64,000 bases of DNA from contig NW_002060960.1 of assembly GCF_000150275.1 (NCBI RefSeq), positions 350,189 through 414,188 of the forward strand. The letters are read 5' to 3'. This document shows, piece after piece, positions 27,188 to 59,853 of this stretch (positions are counted from its first letter, which is position 1; each line of letters begins with the position of its first letter). A model generated the notes under the pieces. The model made no database searches, was not told the DNA's origin, and saw nothing but the letters and a program-made list of their open reading frames with translations. The stretch comes from Trichoplax adhaerens. Lineage: Eukaryota; Animalia; Placozoa. The position numbers and the translations under genes were made by a program.

Positions 27188-28591
27188 CGAAGCTGGTAGA
27201 GAAATATTAATCGTAAATACAGTATAGGACTATGAAGTTCAGTGTTGCTATCGTACTGTAGTGTGCTGTGTTGGCATTGCCATGGACTACTCGTTGTACA
27301 GCACTGCAGCGATGATAGAATGAATCATGTATCTACAGCATCTCCATTTTATACTCGTACGCTCAATGTCCTCTCGTATCATGCGATGTGTATTTTAGAG
27401 ATTATTTCTCTACTGTACATTATACAGAACAGTCTTATAAACGTACTGCATATTATAACTGTCTGCATTCTGAGATATGTTTCTGTATTATTATCATATC
27501 TAATTACATTACATACAAGTCTGACTAATTTCGATGGCTCCCTGAAAAAAACAAAAACAATTGTGTAAGCTAAATCAGTTAAATCAGGCCCATTCTACAG
27601 GATTTTTAACGAAATACAACTTGGATTTTTTAACGAAGCTATATTGATTAGATTGTACGCTTAATACCCATGTATTACATTATATAGCATTCATACATTT
27701 AGATTGCTATTGTGTGTTTGCGTTAATTCGATATTACCTAAATTTAGTACGTTATAAACGTACTAGTGTCACAGGTTACGTAATAATAATCGGAATTGAT
27801 TATTGATAGTATTCTACTCATGTGATATTCTACACTTGCTAATTCTACGTATTGATTGTGCTGCGTACACCAATGAATCCACTGTTACATAAACTTGCAA
27901 TTGCATTGCGTTATAAGTGTGAATGGCGCACGTATATAAGCCACCGTTTTACATTACGATAAAGAGAGAGTAGGAGTTAGTAGTTAGTTTTACGATAACT
28001 TCAACTACATGTTCAATTTCTTGTCTCCATGCTAATACGAACCTTCAATACGATTGTTCGTGTTATTCCTAGATAGAAATACATGCCATTTATGAACTAT
28101 GCCGTAGTATGTTGTATAACATATATAGTTAGGATTTGACTTTAATTTTAAGCACTGAATACAGTGTATATTGCAAGTAAATTTACTCATTTCGATAGCC
28201 AGTAAAGTTCTTAGTCAACATTGGACTTCAAACGAGTTCAGTGGGTAATATTCTAAAACACTCGGGATTAAACTCATTTGCAATTCAAGAATATCGACGC
28301 AAAACGTTGATGTTTGTTTGTATGCTATCATGGACTATTTCTTCTAGTAGTCCATGACGCTATGTACCATTCTACGATTCTTGAATCTCGCCCGGTTCAT
28401 ACGGCTTTTATATAATGCTACAGTACATTGCTTATTCTAAATATCGAAATGATCTACTTTGCAATACCTTTACAGAATTAGCTGTATGGGTTCTGCAGCA
28501 CTCAGTAAATACCATGGATTGAGACGTTTCATCATTGAATTTTGGACATCAAGTTAAAAATTGAACGGCCTATATCGTATAATGTACATTA

Positions 28592-28668
28592 GGCCCATTC
28601 ATAATAACCCCGATTACTCAGATACTCAGCGTGAGTATCTCAGCAATCGGGGTTATTATGAACTGGCC
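28592..28668. repeat. 77-bp near-perfect inverted repeat (hairpin, possible MITE relic)
   Basis: Left arm ggcccattcataataaccccgattactcagatactca versus reverse complement of right arm ggccagttcataataaccccgattgctgagatactca: 33 of 37 match, 3-nt loop gcg. Confidence 0.85.
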
Positions 28669-29495
28669 AATGCCCATACAGTGAGCATTTCTCAAAGTTT
28701 GCTGCTTGTCTGCTATATATGAATTTGATCAAGTTTGTTCGGCGGTGAACTAGTGTCTATAGACTGGTATTACGACGTGACTTGTAAAATGGTTGGAACG
28801 ATTGAACTGGTAATAGCGACTGATAGTTTGTATTAGAAACTTGAAAGAAATAGAATTATTCAATACTGCTATAAAAAGTAATCGAAACAGCAAGAGCCAA
28901 TTGCTCAAGGTTGTACTGATCTATCTGTATGGAATTGGAGCCAAATTTAAAGTACATTTCTTCACAATTGAATAATATAATTTAAGGCAACACTGTAGCT
29001 GAACATCTTTCAACCATTTTAGAAGGCTCGCAACGCCTCAGTCATAGTGGTCTTATGAGAATTGGAGGTCAAATAATATTAATGGATTAAAAATTTATTC
29101 ATGTCTTGTTTCTTGCATACCTGCTGTGAAATGTGAGACAAATGGTTTTATTTATTTACTGCGGTGCTTTGGAAGAACATTATGTCTCGGTCAATTGCGC
29201 TCTCATAGTACATCGTAGCCACCAAGTTGGTTGGCTACAGTATTGTGAAAGTTGATATCTACTGCTGTTAAGGATTCGACTTTAGTAAATGATACGGCAT
29301 AACACACGGATCCTGTTAAAAGATCTGTTTTATTTCTAGATTGTCGGACTGTATACAACATATATCCACGGTTATTATCTACTGTTACGAGTAACGTACA
29401 ACAAATACTGGTATAATATAATTAAGGCAATAGCGTCTAAATAAGTGCATTCGTAGGAAACAATCCCGAATAACCTTATAATTGGGCTATCAGAC

Positions 29496-32400
29496 TTATT
29501 TACGTGGCTTTGAAAGCTTCATGATCATCTCCTTAATTAATTCTCGGGTCTTGGGACTCGTTAGGGTTTCCGCCAATCGCTGTCGTTCTTTATCACCAAC
29601 TTGAGAATAGTGATTCATGAGATTTCGACGGAGGAGCAGTTTACAACCTTGACGGGAATGATCTAATAATACATTGGGAAACTGTAACGATTAACTATAA
29701 TGTATAAAAGTATAACGTACTTGTTAATAGTTATGTAGCCTGTAGTAGAATATACTGTACATTCTGCTGTATATTGATGATTACAGTAAATGATGTATAG
29801 TAGTTAGACATGGCTGAATACATCACGTATGTGTATCCATATTGCTAAAATTAAACAACGATTATAGATTAATAAATGGAAATACTCGTATTTCTCTACC
29901 CGCTACGTTTAGAAATTCTTTCATCCGTTTTTGAGCTTCTGGCAGTAGCTCTTCCTTAGAGACTAACTGATCAACGAGTCCTAATTTAGCGGCTTCTTCC
30001 TCAGGAAATAAGGTACCGAGTTGCGCATGGAGATCTATGTTCCTATTACTAATGGTATCTTTGTATGCTTCCAGTAACCTGACAATATATAGCATAAATA
30101 ATAATTACAGTATTTTTTTCTCAATATTTTCGCCCTTGAATGCATAGTGCAATCAATTCTATTTGCTGAATTTATATCAATCTAAAATGATCAATACTCA
30201 ACTGGCTTTAATTAAGTATTAAACTTACCAAAATGGAATTTCCAATCCCTAGAGAGTATGAAATAGTATTATTGTTTCAAGAAATGTCTTTTAGTTGATA
30301 ATGATAATCTTTAACAGATTTGATATAGTGATGATAAGAATATACTAAGAATGCCTACCAGCCTAGGTTCATTTAATCCAATCGTGTAAGGTTTTTTGTC
30401 TCCTTTACTCATTATTCTGTAATCACATGCGAGAGCAACGGAACAGCCTGCAGCAGTAGCATGGCCCTAGAATAATTTCATTATCAAGATATTCACATTG
30501 TTATTACTTTTCTGCTACATATAAGTATAATATCATCATTAGATATTACTGAAAGATAAATTCTCTATGATTAAGATCAAGCTAACATTGATAGCAGCCA
30601 CAGTGGCTAATTTTGATGAGTAAATACGAAACCAAAACTTTTCCAGTCCAGCCAGAAACTCGTTTACTTCACTCGTCGATGATAACTGAGCGACTGCTTT
30701 GATGTTTAGTCCAGCTGAATATATTTGCGGCAAGTCCTATACAGGAAACGTAGAGTTGGTATCTAAATAAGTCTGCTATATACCGCCTGAGAGTAGAATT
30801 ATTTCCATCTACGAGACATATGTGTAGATTATCATGGTAGACATAAATTTTCTTGAACAGAAACCGATGTTGGTTATGTCAATATTAAGAAGTATTAGTC
30901 AGCAATTTGCACGAAATACAAGGCTACAACTCATGATTAGTGACACTGGTAACGTAAAATAAGTAACTACAAGTATAGTATGCAAAGATACAAGTATAAC
31001 GAACGAGGGATAGAATGCATATAATAATTTCTTTCAGTAAAAAGTAGATATGATATTGATATTGGTCTGAAGGCTGAAAACTGAAGTAAAGCAATAGCTG
31101 TACTACCTTATATCTACAGTCAGATTTTTACTACTGGTTGTCAATGAAGATAAAATTTGTATTGCAATTAGTTGGACAGTATTTAGCTTTTACTAGTTGT
31201 ACTGTGCTGGTTACGAAGATCGTATCACATAGTTTGAGTTGCAATTTTGTCCTGGTAATTGTAAAATGAGGCCTTGCTTGTTGCATATTGTATAATTTAA
31301 ACTGGACACGCAATGATTATCCTGCTTATGCCAGAATAAAACGGGTAACGCTAATCACTTAGTATGTATTGCATCGATAATTATAATTAATTCGTTAATT
31401 TGTATTGCAATTAGTTCGGCAGTATTTAGCTTTTAGTTGTACTGTACTGGTTACAAAGATCGTACCACACCGCTTGGGTTGCAATTTTGTCCTGATGATC
31501 GTGAAATGTGGCATTGCTTGTTGCATATTGCATAATTTAAACTGCACATGCAATGATTATCGTGCTATTGTCAGAATAAAATGGGTAACGCTAATCGCTT
31601 AGCATGTATTGCATCGATAATTATAATTAATCCGTTAATTTTACTACAAAGTAGTCGTGATTTGCAATTGTAATCGTATGGGTTGTGCTTGATAATTAAT
31701 ATAAAATTAGTTGTAACATCCAATATCCATGTCACCATTACAACGGTTAGCCGTAATCGTTTATCTCAAGGATTAAGCATTCAATAAAGAACTAGTTAAG
31801 CTATTATAAGACTAAATTCACTGTTAGATACTGAAGTAACCGATTACTTTGAGATTCACTAAATAGCCATTTTAGTACACTAAACAAAGACAATTTCCAA
31901 ACTTTTCAAATTATAAAATCATGGGATATCGGACATAACTGTTGCTATGTACAAGTTGGTATGTAAATAAGGAAGCCTCTATAGTAAGATAATCTAACAC
32001 TGAATTTTGTTTTAATGTACTGCTTTGTGCAAAATATGTTCCCGTTTATTTGAACGTGCAATTTACTAGCAACATATAATTAGCTTGTTCGTAATTGATA
32101 CACTAGCAATGTCTAGCTAGTATGTCAATAAAAACTAGTCTACAGTTTTATATACAGTATCCTAACTAATGCATGGACGATAGCTAGTATGCAGACATTG
32201 ACCATCGTCCACTGTAACGCAAGAAATGTCATCTATCAGTTTTACATGAAGATAAAAACTAGTCAATGCATTAATGGAAGATTATCTACTACGTATGTTA
32301 TTCATGACAAGTCAGTATCGGTTGCAGATACAGCAACGTGCGATAGACTAACCGAAGTGAGGATCATGCCTCGGCAAGAGTTTTCCACCTCATTAAATAC

Positions 32401-32583
32401 GTCAAGAAATTCTTGGAAGAAACTTAAATCCAATGCATTTCCTGGTGATTTTGCCATCCTAACAGTGGCAACATCATCCTGGATATCAACCTTAAAATTA
32501 GCGCTACCAACACTAGACATGGTGCGATTGGCTGCCAATAAACAAGATGGAAGAGATTGAAGAACGCGACGAGCAACTAACAT
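29496..32583 (-). CDS. ECI1: Mitochondrial enoyl-CoA delta isomerase 1, copy C; ancestral exon 1 decayed, probable new ATG at 32583
   Basis: Exons 32583-32353 (MLVARRVLQSLPSCLLAANRTMSS...RGMILTS), 30736-30587, 30466-30359, 30248-30229, 30078-29900, 29662-29496. The frame is intact and GLNEPRLG keeps the catalytic Glu. The homolog of exon 1 near 32765-32777 reads ATA GAC TTA ACC A and has no GT donor. Confidence 0.85.
31157..31641. repeat. Tandem duplication of about 242 bp inside the long intron of ECI1 copy C
   Basis: Two units, each ttgtattgcaattagtt...gcatcgataattataattaat-cgttaattt. A single homologous unit sits in the matching intron of copy B (about 24925-25170). Confidence 0.9.
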
Positions 32584-33922
32584 TTCGATTACTACTCCTT
32601 TGCTATCGGCCAAATCAAAATAATATCGTTTAGGGATAAAATAACATGCAATTTCCAATAGAATTTATATAGGAATAAATAATTCCAGTGAAATGAAGGT
32701 CAAAGTACAGTAATTAAATTTTAGCATCATCTAGAGACCAACATGGATATTTGCAGGCGCAAATTGGTTAAGTCTATGTTGTCGTTGAGCCCATTCTGCA
32801 GTATCAGCTTCAAACTTTGTGTGTTCATTCACACCTTAACGTAATGGCGTAAGTACGCTTAAGGTAAAGTGAAGTTATTGATTGCCTTGGTACATGATCT
32901 ACTTGCGTACTTAACACTTTTCGTTAATACCCAATTTTATTTTATTTTCATTTATTACTTTATAATTGGAATATGAACCGTATACAGCATACTATTGCAT
33001 CATTTTCGTGGTTACTGAAAATCCTCTGTTTCTTTTAATAAAGTGATATTTACTATTCTGAATTCTGTGCTCTTAAACTAATATTAGAGTCTACTTCTAC
33101 TCGTACTGTAAGATTGACTAAAAAGGTAGGAAGTGAATCACCAACTCACCAGCTACACAGTTTAACACATCTAGTGGACTTAGTTCATACCCCCTCCCCT
33201 CCCTTCTTAACTGATAATTTGGTTCTAATTATTATGCAAGGATAGCATTTTAGAACTTGGTATGCTGTAACAGTCGAAGTATCAGCTGAGACGGGGGGGG
33301 GGGAGAGAAGAGGTAAGCAAAGATTGGAGATAATTTTGATGTTTTCATAGTGCTCTTCCTTTTACCTTTATAAGTTCTAAAGGTCCGTGAAGGTAGTAAC
33401 AGCCTGCTATAAGTATTGTAACCTGCTGATTGCCTCAGAGATTGGGGTCTTGTACTCACTTTCAGTTGAGAGTGATTATTAAATTGATTTTTGGGTTTAT
33501 TGAGTCCCATTTTTTCTTATGGGAGTCTCTGGTAAGTACATCTGTAATCTAAAGTTAGTACTTAGCGTGTCAAGTTGGTAGTATAGAGTTCGGCTATTCT
33601 AGCGTACAGTGAGCTAAGATCTGCTATTTCTCAAATTTTAGGTTTATCTGCTATAATAACGTTTATAACGTTTATCGAGTTCCGCTTCAATACTTGACTA
33701 CTGTATAGAATTGACGGCCAAATAATAATTGATTAAAAACATTGTCTATTTCATTTCTTGTTTCTTGCTTGCCATTTGTGGAACATCTACAACTTCATGG
33801 TTCGGTATATGGTTTATGCTTGACTCTAGTCAACGCTTTCCAGCTCCTAGCTCGCTGCAATTGTCCTTGCTCACCGTTAGCTGACATCAGCAATTCTGGT
33901 CAAGCCATGAGAGTATAATCGA

Positions 33923-33959
33923 TGACGTCATGATCTTACAAAGTCCAACGCTCCGCCCC
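33923..33959 (+). promoter_or_regulatory. Putative ABCC paralog 1 promoter: CRE + HNF4-type motif + GC box
   Basis: TGACGTCA 33923-33930, CAAAGTCCA 33939-33947 and CCGCCCC 33953-33959 lie within 37 nt, about 400 nt upstream of the ATG. A possible 5'-UTR intron spans about 34115-34213. Confidence 0.5.
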
Positions 33960-34335
33960 TTCTGCGATAATTGCACTCAATAGTCAGCACTCAGCACTCA
34001 GTACTGGGACTATTGCTTTAAACGTGTACTTAAGTTACTTATAGCCGATCTGGGTGAATCTGCTGACATTGCAACATCTCCTGGTAACAAGTTTATATAG
34101 AGCAGCTGGATAACGTAAGCGTTCCAGGGAACTGCATGAAGTCCCTCGAAATTGCATCGAGTACATTGATTCTATTGAGTTGTTATGAATCGATGATCTT
34201 CCTTTCCACTGCAGAATACAGTAGTTGTTCAGCGAACTGACTGTCTAAAGTGCAAGTTGTATTTGGAGAGTAAATCAAGTGATAGCAAGAACATTACGGG
34301 TCTAATCCTCAACGGGGCATTACTCTTGGATCATC

Positions 34336-45004
<10,669 letters not shown>

Positions 45005-45600
45005 TGGTTTCAGCTATATAATCAAATTTTGCCGAACAGTAGATGTATTCATTAATTTATTACTATAGTACCTTTACATCAATTTCAAGTCTTGGAAAGG
45101 ATAAAAAATTATCATTATCCAATTAGTTTTATTTAGATGTTATCTAAAAATATCTATTGTTGCTAATTTACGAACAAGATGCAGTTATCTTGTTTCGTTT
45201 ATATGATCAATTTTTTAAATTGCTGTAAAATTTAGATAGCTATAAGATTGTTATTCAATAGTGCTAAAATATATTTACTTAGAATCTAGTAGAATACTGA
45301 TACTTCGCATTCTGCAGTAATAGGGATATTATTAAATTCTAAATTAATACTATTTTATACAATATATATTAACAAAGTAGTAGAACTATTGAGACGGTCG
45401 TTATTACTTTATTGCAGAATCAATTGACGAGATTATTCATAAATTGTGTTTGAAATAAAAATATTGTGAAAGTAAAGATCAATTTTGCTTCATTTAATTG
45501 ATAGATAAATTTTAGTTTTCCCTATAATTAAATGGAGAGTAAATGTTATATCATATTAAAGTTATATTCAAAGATTCCATTAGAGTAAGCATAAATTATC

Positions 45601-45775
45601 ATAAGTTAGCAAAGCACATTCTCTGGTATATGAAAAATAGCCTTTAATTGTTGTTATATACTGCAAGTACGAATTTTTATGTTATTAGATAGGCATATAA
45701 GTTAGCAAAGCATATTCTTTGGTACATGAAAAATAGCGTTCAATAGTAGTTATAGAGTATACTATAAGTACAAAT
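45601..45775. repeat. Tandem duplication with a period of about 97 bp, downstream of ABCC paralog 1
   Basis: ataagttagcaaagca-attct-tggta-atgaaaaatagc at about 45601 and 45697. Confidence 0.75.
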
Positions 45776-48700
45776 TTTGTTGTTATTGTACGAATGCCTA
45801 TTCTCCTAGGAAGAGCTTTAATAGCAGATTAATATTGTATTGTCAATTCTATATACGAGTATAAATTTCTAAATTGATAACTTAATTTCATAAATTGGTT
45901 CAGTCTAAATATACAGTAAGGTTATGATGAAAAGTCTGGAAGTTCTAGTACTCGGATAATTAGCTGTTAAATCATTTTGTGTCCCATTAAGTCACAATTT
46001 TCGGGCTAAATTTATCATTATTTAGTCTGATTATAACTAGTACTTACAATTAAAGTGTTATTAAATTTTCCATAATACTAAATTAATGCCATCTATTAAT
46101 ATCTAGGATTCTTAAAAATAATCATGGTAGTAAAATGGATGCATGGTTCACCGTAATGTCTGTAAATATCACTTAAAAATAATCGCTTGTGCAGTCCCTA
46201 CTATCTAGTCTTCTATTGTCCTATAAATTTATGTTCCTTAGAATGGAAATTTACTACATGCAATATACAGTATGTAAATGAGTCCGTAAGATCTACGCTT
46301 GCTTCACTTCGATTAAATCCAGTCTCTTTGCTAAAGTTAGCAAAACACTATCCTGTATCACAACTATGGTAGCTGTGTCACGAAAGTAATCTTCGTGATG
46401 TATACTTTATTTCTATGTTACGCTCTATACATGTTTATATCTCAGAAATGTTTTACAGTCTTCTTAATTGTAATTCTAGTGGTTAACAGTTAATATCTTT
46501 AATTTAGAATAACATAGACTAAAATAGTAATTGCCAATCAGCTAAACTGGATTATATCTATCACCTCCAAAGTTGTTAAGGTTCAAAGTACATTTCCTAA
46601 GTTTAGAGAAAATGTCGCAGTAGGATAGCTTTATATGTATCTGTTAAATAATTAATAAGAATTGATTATTTTAATACTGTTACAGTAAATTTAATAGGGT
46701 TAGACTGTATCTAATCTGTATAGATACAATCTTTTTAGGTATTAATTTGGTTAATTTCTAATAGACGGGAGTGACTTGTGTAGCTAAATCGGTTTTAGGT
46801 TCAAAACCTAAATAAACAGTGAGTTCGCCGACAATAAGATAGATTGTGATTTTCTAGTAAGTTTTGAATGTCTCCCTGTGTTAAACCCTATCCGCCTTGG
46901 ATAACTGATTTTCTTGTATTCCAAATAACACTAGCAAAGGGTAGAAATCACTCTCTCAATCCTTGTTGCCAGCTAGGGCTATTCCTAGCTCGTAACAAGC
47001 CGACACAGATATAGCCTTCAATTTCTAAGGTTTATTAAACCGCCATGCAAAACTCGTTTTGGAGGTCCGTCGTACAATTACTTTTGTTCCCTATAAGAAC
47101 AGAGGGAAGTAGCTAAGATAAACCGAATAATTGGACTTTAGCTAATTTCGAACTTTTCGTAATTTCATACAAAACTATACAAAATAAGACTACATTCTTT
47201 ATATGGTAAGTTTTTTACTAGAGAATCATTCGAAGCTGGAATCGACCTCAGGCTAAGATAAACCGGATAATTTTTCTTAATGTTTAAGACTGGAAAATCT
47301 CTATGCGAATTCCTATATTATTCGATAGTGCTAAATACTTCTATATAGAGTATTATTTTTCTAATAATCCTTGAAGAAATCTAGCTCAGGTGCTATAGAG
47401 TTGCAGAGTCGCTGCTAGTACATTGATGTTAGTGAGTGTTTCAGTATGAATGATTTAAAAGATCTCATAAGCGTGAAATATATTTCAACATACACAAGAT
47501 GTACGTTGATATATTTGATATAAAGCACAAATAACATATTTTTGATCCACATAACAGTTTGCAGGGATTAAGTAATATGATTGGTAATGGATTGCATCGT
47601 TTAACATTCTTTTGTGCTATAGCTCTAGCTATACATCTATGTACTCGCTATGTGCACTAGTAATTAGTAATGTAAAGTAAAAAGTACAAGTGCGGATATG
47701 ACACAAAGCAAACCTAGCGTGGGTAGCACTAGTAATAATAATTATGATATATTTTATTAATTATCAATTAAACTTATTACTATCACAGAAGCAAAGTGAA
47801 TTACTGTGAATAAAAAATTTATTATTGAAATACTGTATATCAGTTTGAGTAAGCTATTTTTAGGTTTCGTGTACCAATAATGGAACAGGTTAGAATACGT
47901 TCTAATTTAATTTAGCGAACTAATTTGTGTCACTTAGACCAAAACATGATACGAGTTTATCTTAATTATGCTAGAGATCTAGTCATAACACCTTATGCTG
48001 TTTTATGTATTGGGCAATATCAATAACGTTTAAATGTGAATATTCCTGACTTTAGCTCTAAAATACGAAATAGATGTACTATTGTTGCAGTGTTACGCTT
48101 TATAATGGCATTAAATCTACTAAATGATAGGTTAGATACTAATTTAAACTAGTTAGCATCATTATTCTTACTCTTTAGCTTAAATTTTTCACAATAGCAA
48201 GCGCTATAGTACAGTAACATTTTCTGTCACAGTTACTAAAATACAGTACATCAATGGGGGGGGGGGGGACTGGTGATAATTAGAGCAGTAAATGGATCAG
48301 CGTTCCTCTGTGGTAACAAAGAATGAGCATCTTCTATAAATTCTAAGGTAATAATAGTGGATTAAGGCCAAATAAAATAGTATTTCCTTCTGCTATTGCT
48401 TGAGTATTGTTGCCTGAATTTCTGTAACTAGATTTAAATGAATACGATTAATGTGTGAGTCTACTGTAACATAAAGTTTATAAACCTCATATCATTCCTT
48501 ATTCTGAATGGAGAGCTGTAAAAGTTGTAATTATAATTTTACTATACGATAGACAGATCCTGTATAATATTATATGATACAACAATATTCGATTAAATGC
48601 TGTACTTAAAGTATAATTTATAGCAGATTATTAATTTATTCGATGTTATGTGATGAGTACTATATCATATATAACATTATTTACAGCTAATATAGAACAG

Positions 48701-49547
48701 CCGGGATTTCTATAGCGAAGAGATAGTACTAATCTCAGAACTACTAAATGTTTAAATAGTTGATATCAATTTACTTTACTCTAATGATTTTTCAATAAGA
48801 TTATACTAATGATTACTTAGATGACGTGGAATTCCAATATTTAAGATGTGCCGTTTTGGATAGTTCCAGGAATTTTTCCTCGTCTCCTCGTCTAATACTG
48901 TTTCTAATGAATCTGAGTGTATTCCTGTAAGTTATACATTGTTGAATGTTGACCGATAAAGTATGCCTGTCCTAAGCTGCTATTTCTGTATGTGATCCAA
49001 TCCTGCGGAATACTTTACATAATATAATAATCGTTCATAATTAATTAATAATAATCCTTTTTTTTATCGTAGAATTATTCTAAATGTAGGCATCACACCA
49101 CTTGACTGTCATGTGAGTCTATCTTTTCCTATATACTTCCTTACCGTGTCATTTAGGATTAGTCATCCATCATTCAAGGTGATCTTCTTTTTTCATCATT
49201 TATAAACACGACATCAAAGACAGATATTGAACGATTTCCTATCTTATCCCATCCATCATTTTGAGAAAACGTGAATAATGATACTGGCCATTCATCGTTA
49301 ATGTCATTTTTTCCATCAGTTACGAGTGGAAACGCTGCATTTAATGACGGAAAGTGAATGGTTACCTGCCATATTACTAGTTTCGGTAGAAATTTTAAAA
49401 GCATTCGGTCATTTCTCTTGTCCAACACAGGTAAACTCACGCTAATAATAATTAATGATATATAGAATTGAATTGGTAGTTCCTTGTTTTTTCTCGGCCT
49501 GTTGAAGAAATCCTGCTAGTCGTCCATAGTCTTTTTCTTGGATAGGA

Positions 49548-49572
49548 TGACGTAACCAATAACTAGGACGGA
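49548..49572 (+). promoter_or_regulatory. Putative ABCC paralog 2 promoter: CRE/ATF-like site + CCAAT + GGACGG
   Basis: TGACGTAA 49548-49555 is followed directly by CCAAT and then GGACGGA, 400 nt upstream of ATG 49948, in a GC-elevated patch. Confidence 0.4.
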
Positions 49573-49947
49573 CGCCTGGAGACCGTTCGGACAATTGACA
49601 GTAAGCAGGTTGGTAAAGGACCTCCATGGGTGGTGTAAAAGCTGTCCAAGGTGGCTGATGATTTGTTCTTACCTCGATTTGCATCGTTAGATTGCAGGTG
49701 GAGGAATACTTGTTTGGCTTGCATTTATTCATCAATAACATAGAATGGATTTGAAGTTGGCCAAAGCATTGGCTCAACATTGGTCTTACTAAAGTTGCTG
49801 TGATCAAGCCTTCATCTGGAGCTGAATAAAGCATTTCTAGCTGCAATTAATGATCCACGAAGACGTTTCCTAGTCAAATGATTGCATGCTTTCTTTTCAG
49901 CTGTAAATTGTCGATCTCCATGTCAACAGACTGAAGAGCTGTAATCA

Positions 49948-59853
<9,906 letters not shown>

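Larger units (their letters stand above)
17690..33790. repeat. Triplicated segment carrying ECI1 (units about 17690-21750, 22670-29270, 29430-33790)
   Basis: Non-coding flanks align. Downstream: 17690-18400 versus 22670-23390. Upstream: gtgagcatttctcaaa at about 21386 and 28681; tcat-tcttg-ttcttgc at about 21490, 29099 and 33750; gtag-caccaagttgg at about 21697 and 29215. Confidence 0.8.

Noticed and set aside
26675-27568. Paired 63-72 aa ORFs and a 108 aa ORF upstream of ECI1-B
   Set aside because: The pairs come from the ~280-bp tandem duplication; there is no recognisable domain or splice structure
33250-33510. 86-aa ORF and G-run (about 33293-33303); also a G-run at about 48256-48268
   Set aside because: The poly-Pro comes from the homopolymer; I found no domain, terminal repeats or other support
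48930-49015. Minus-strand peptide IPQDWITYRNSSLGQAYFI resembling a WW domain or caspase segment
   Set aside because: It lacks the second W/P of WW domains and any caspase catalytic motif, is bounded by stops, and is too short to support
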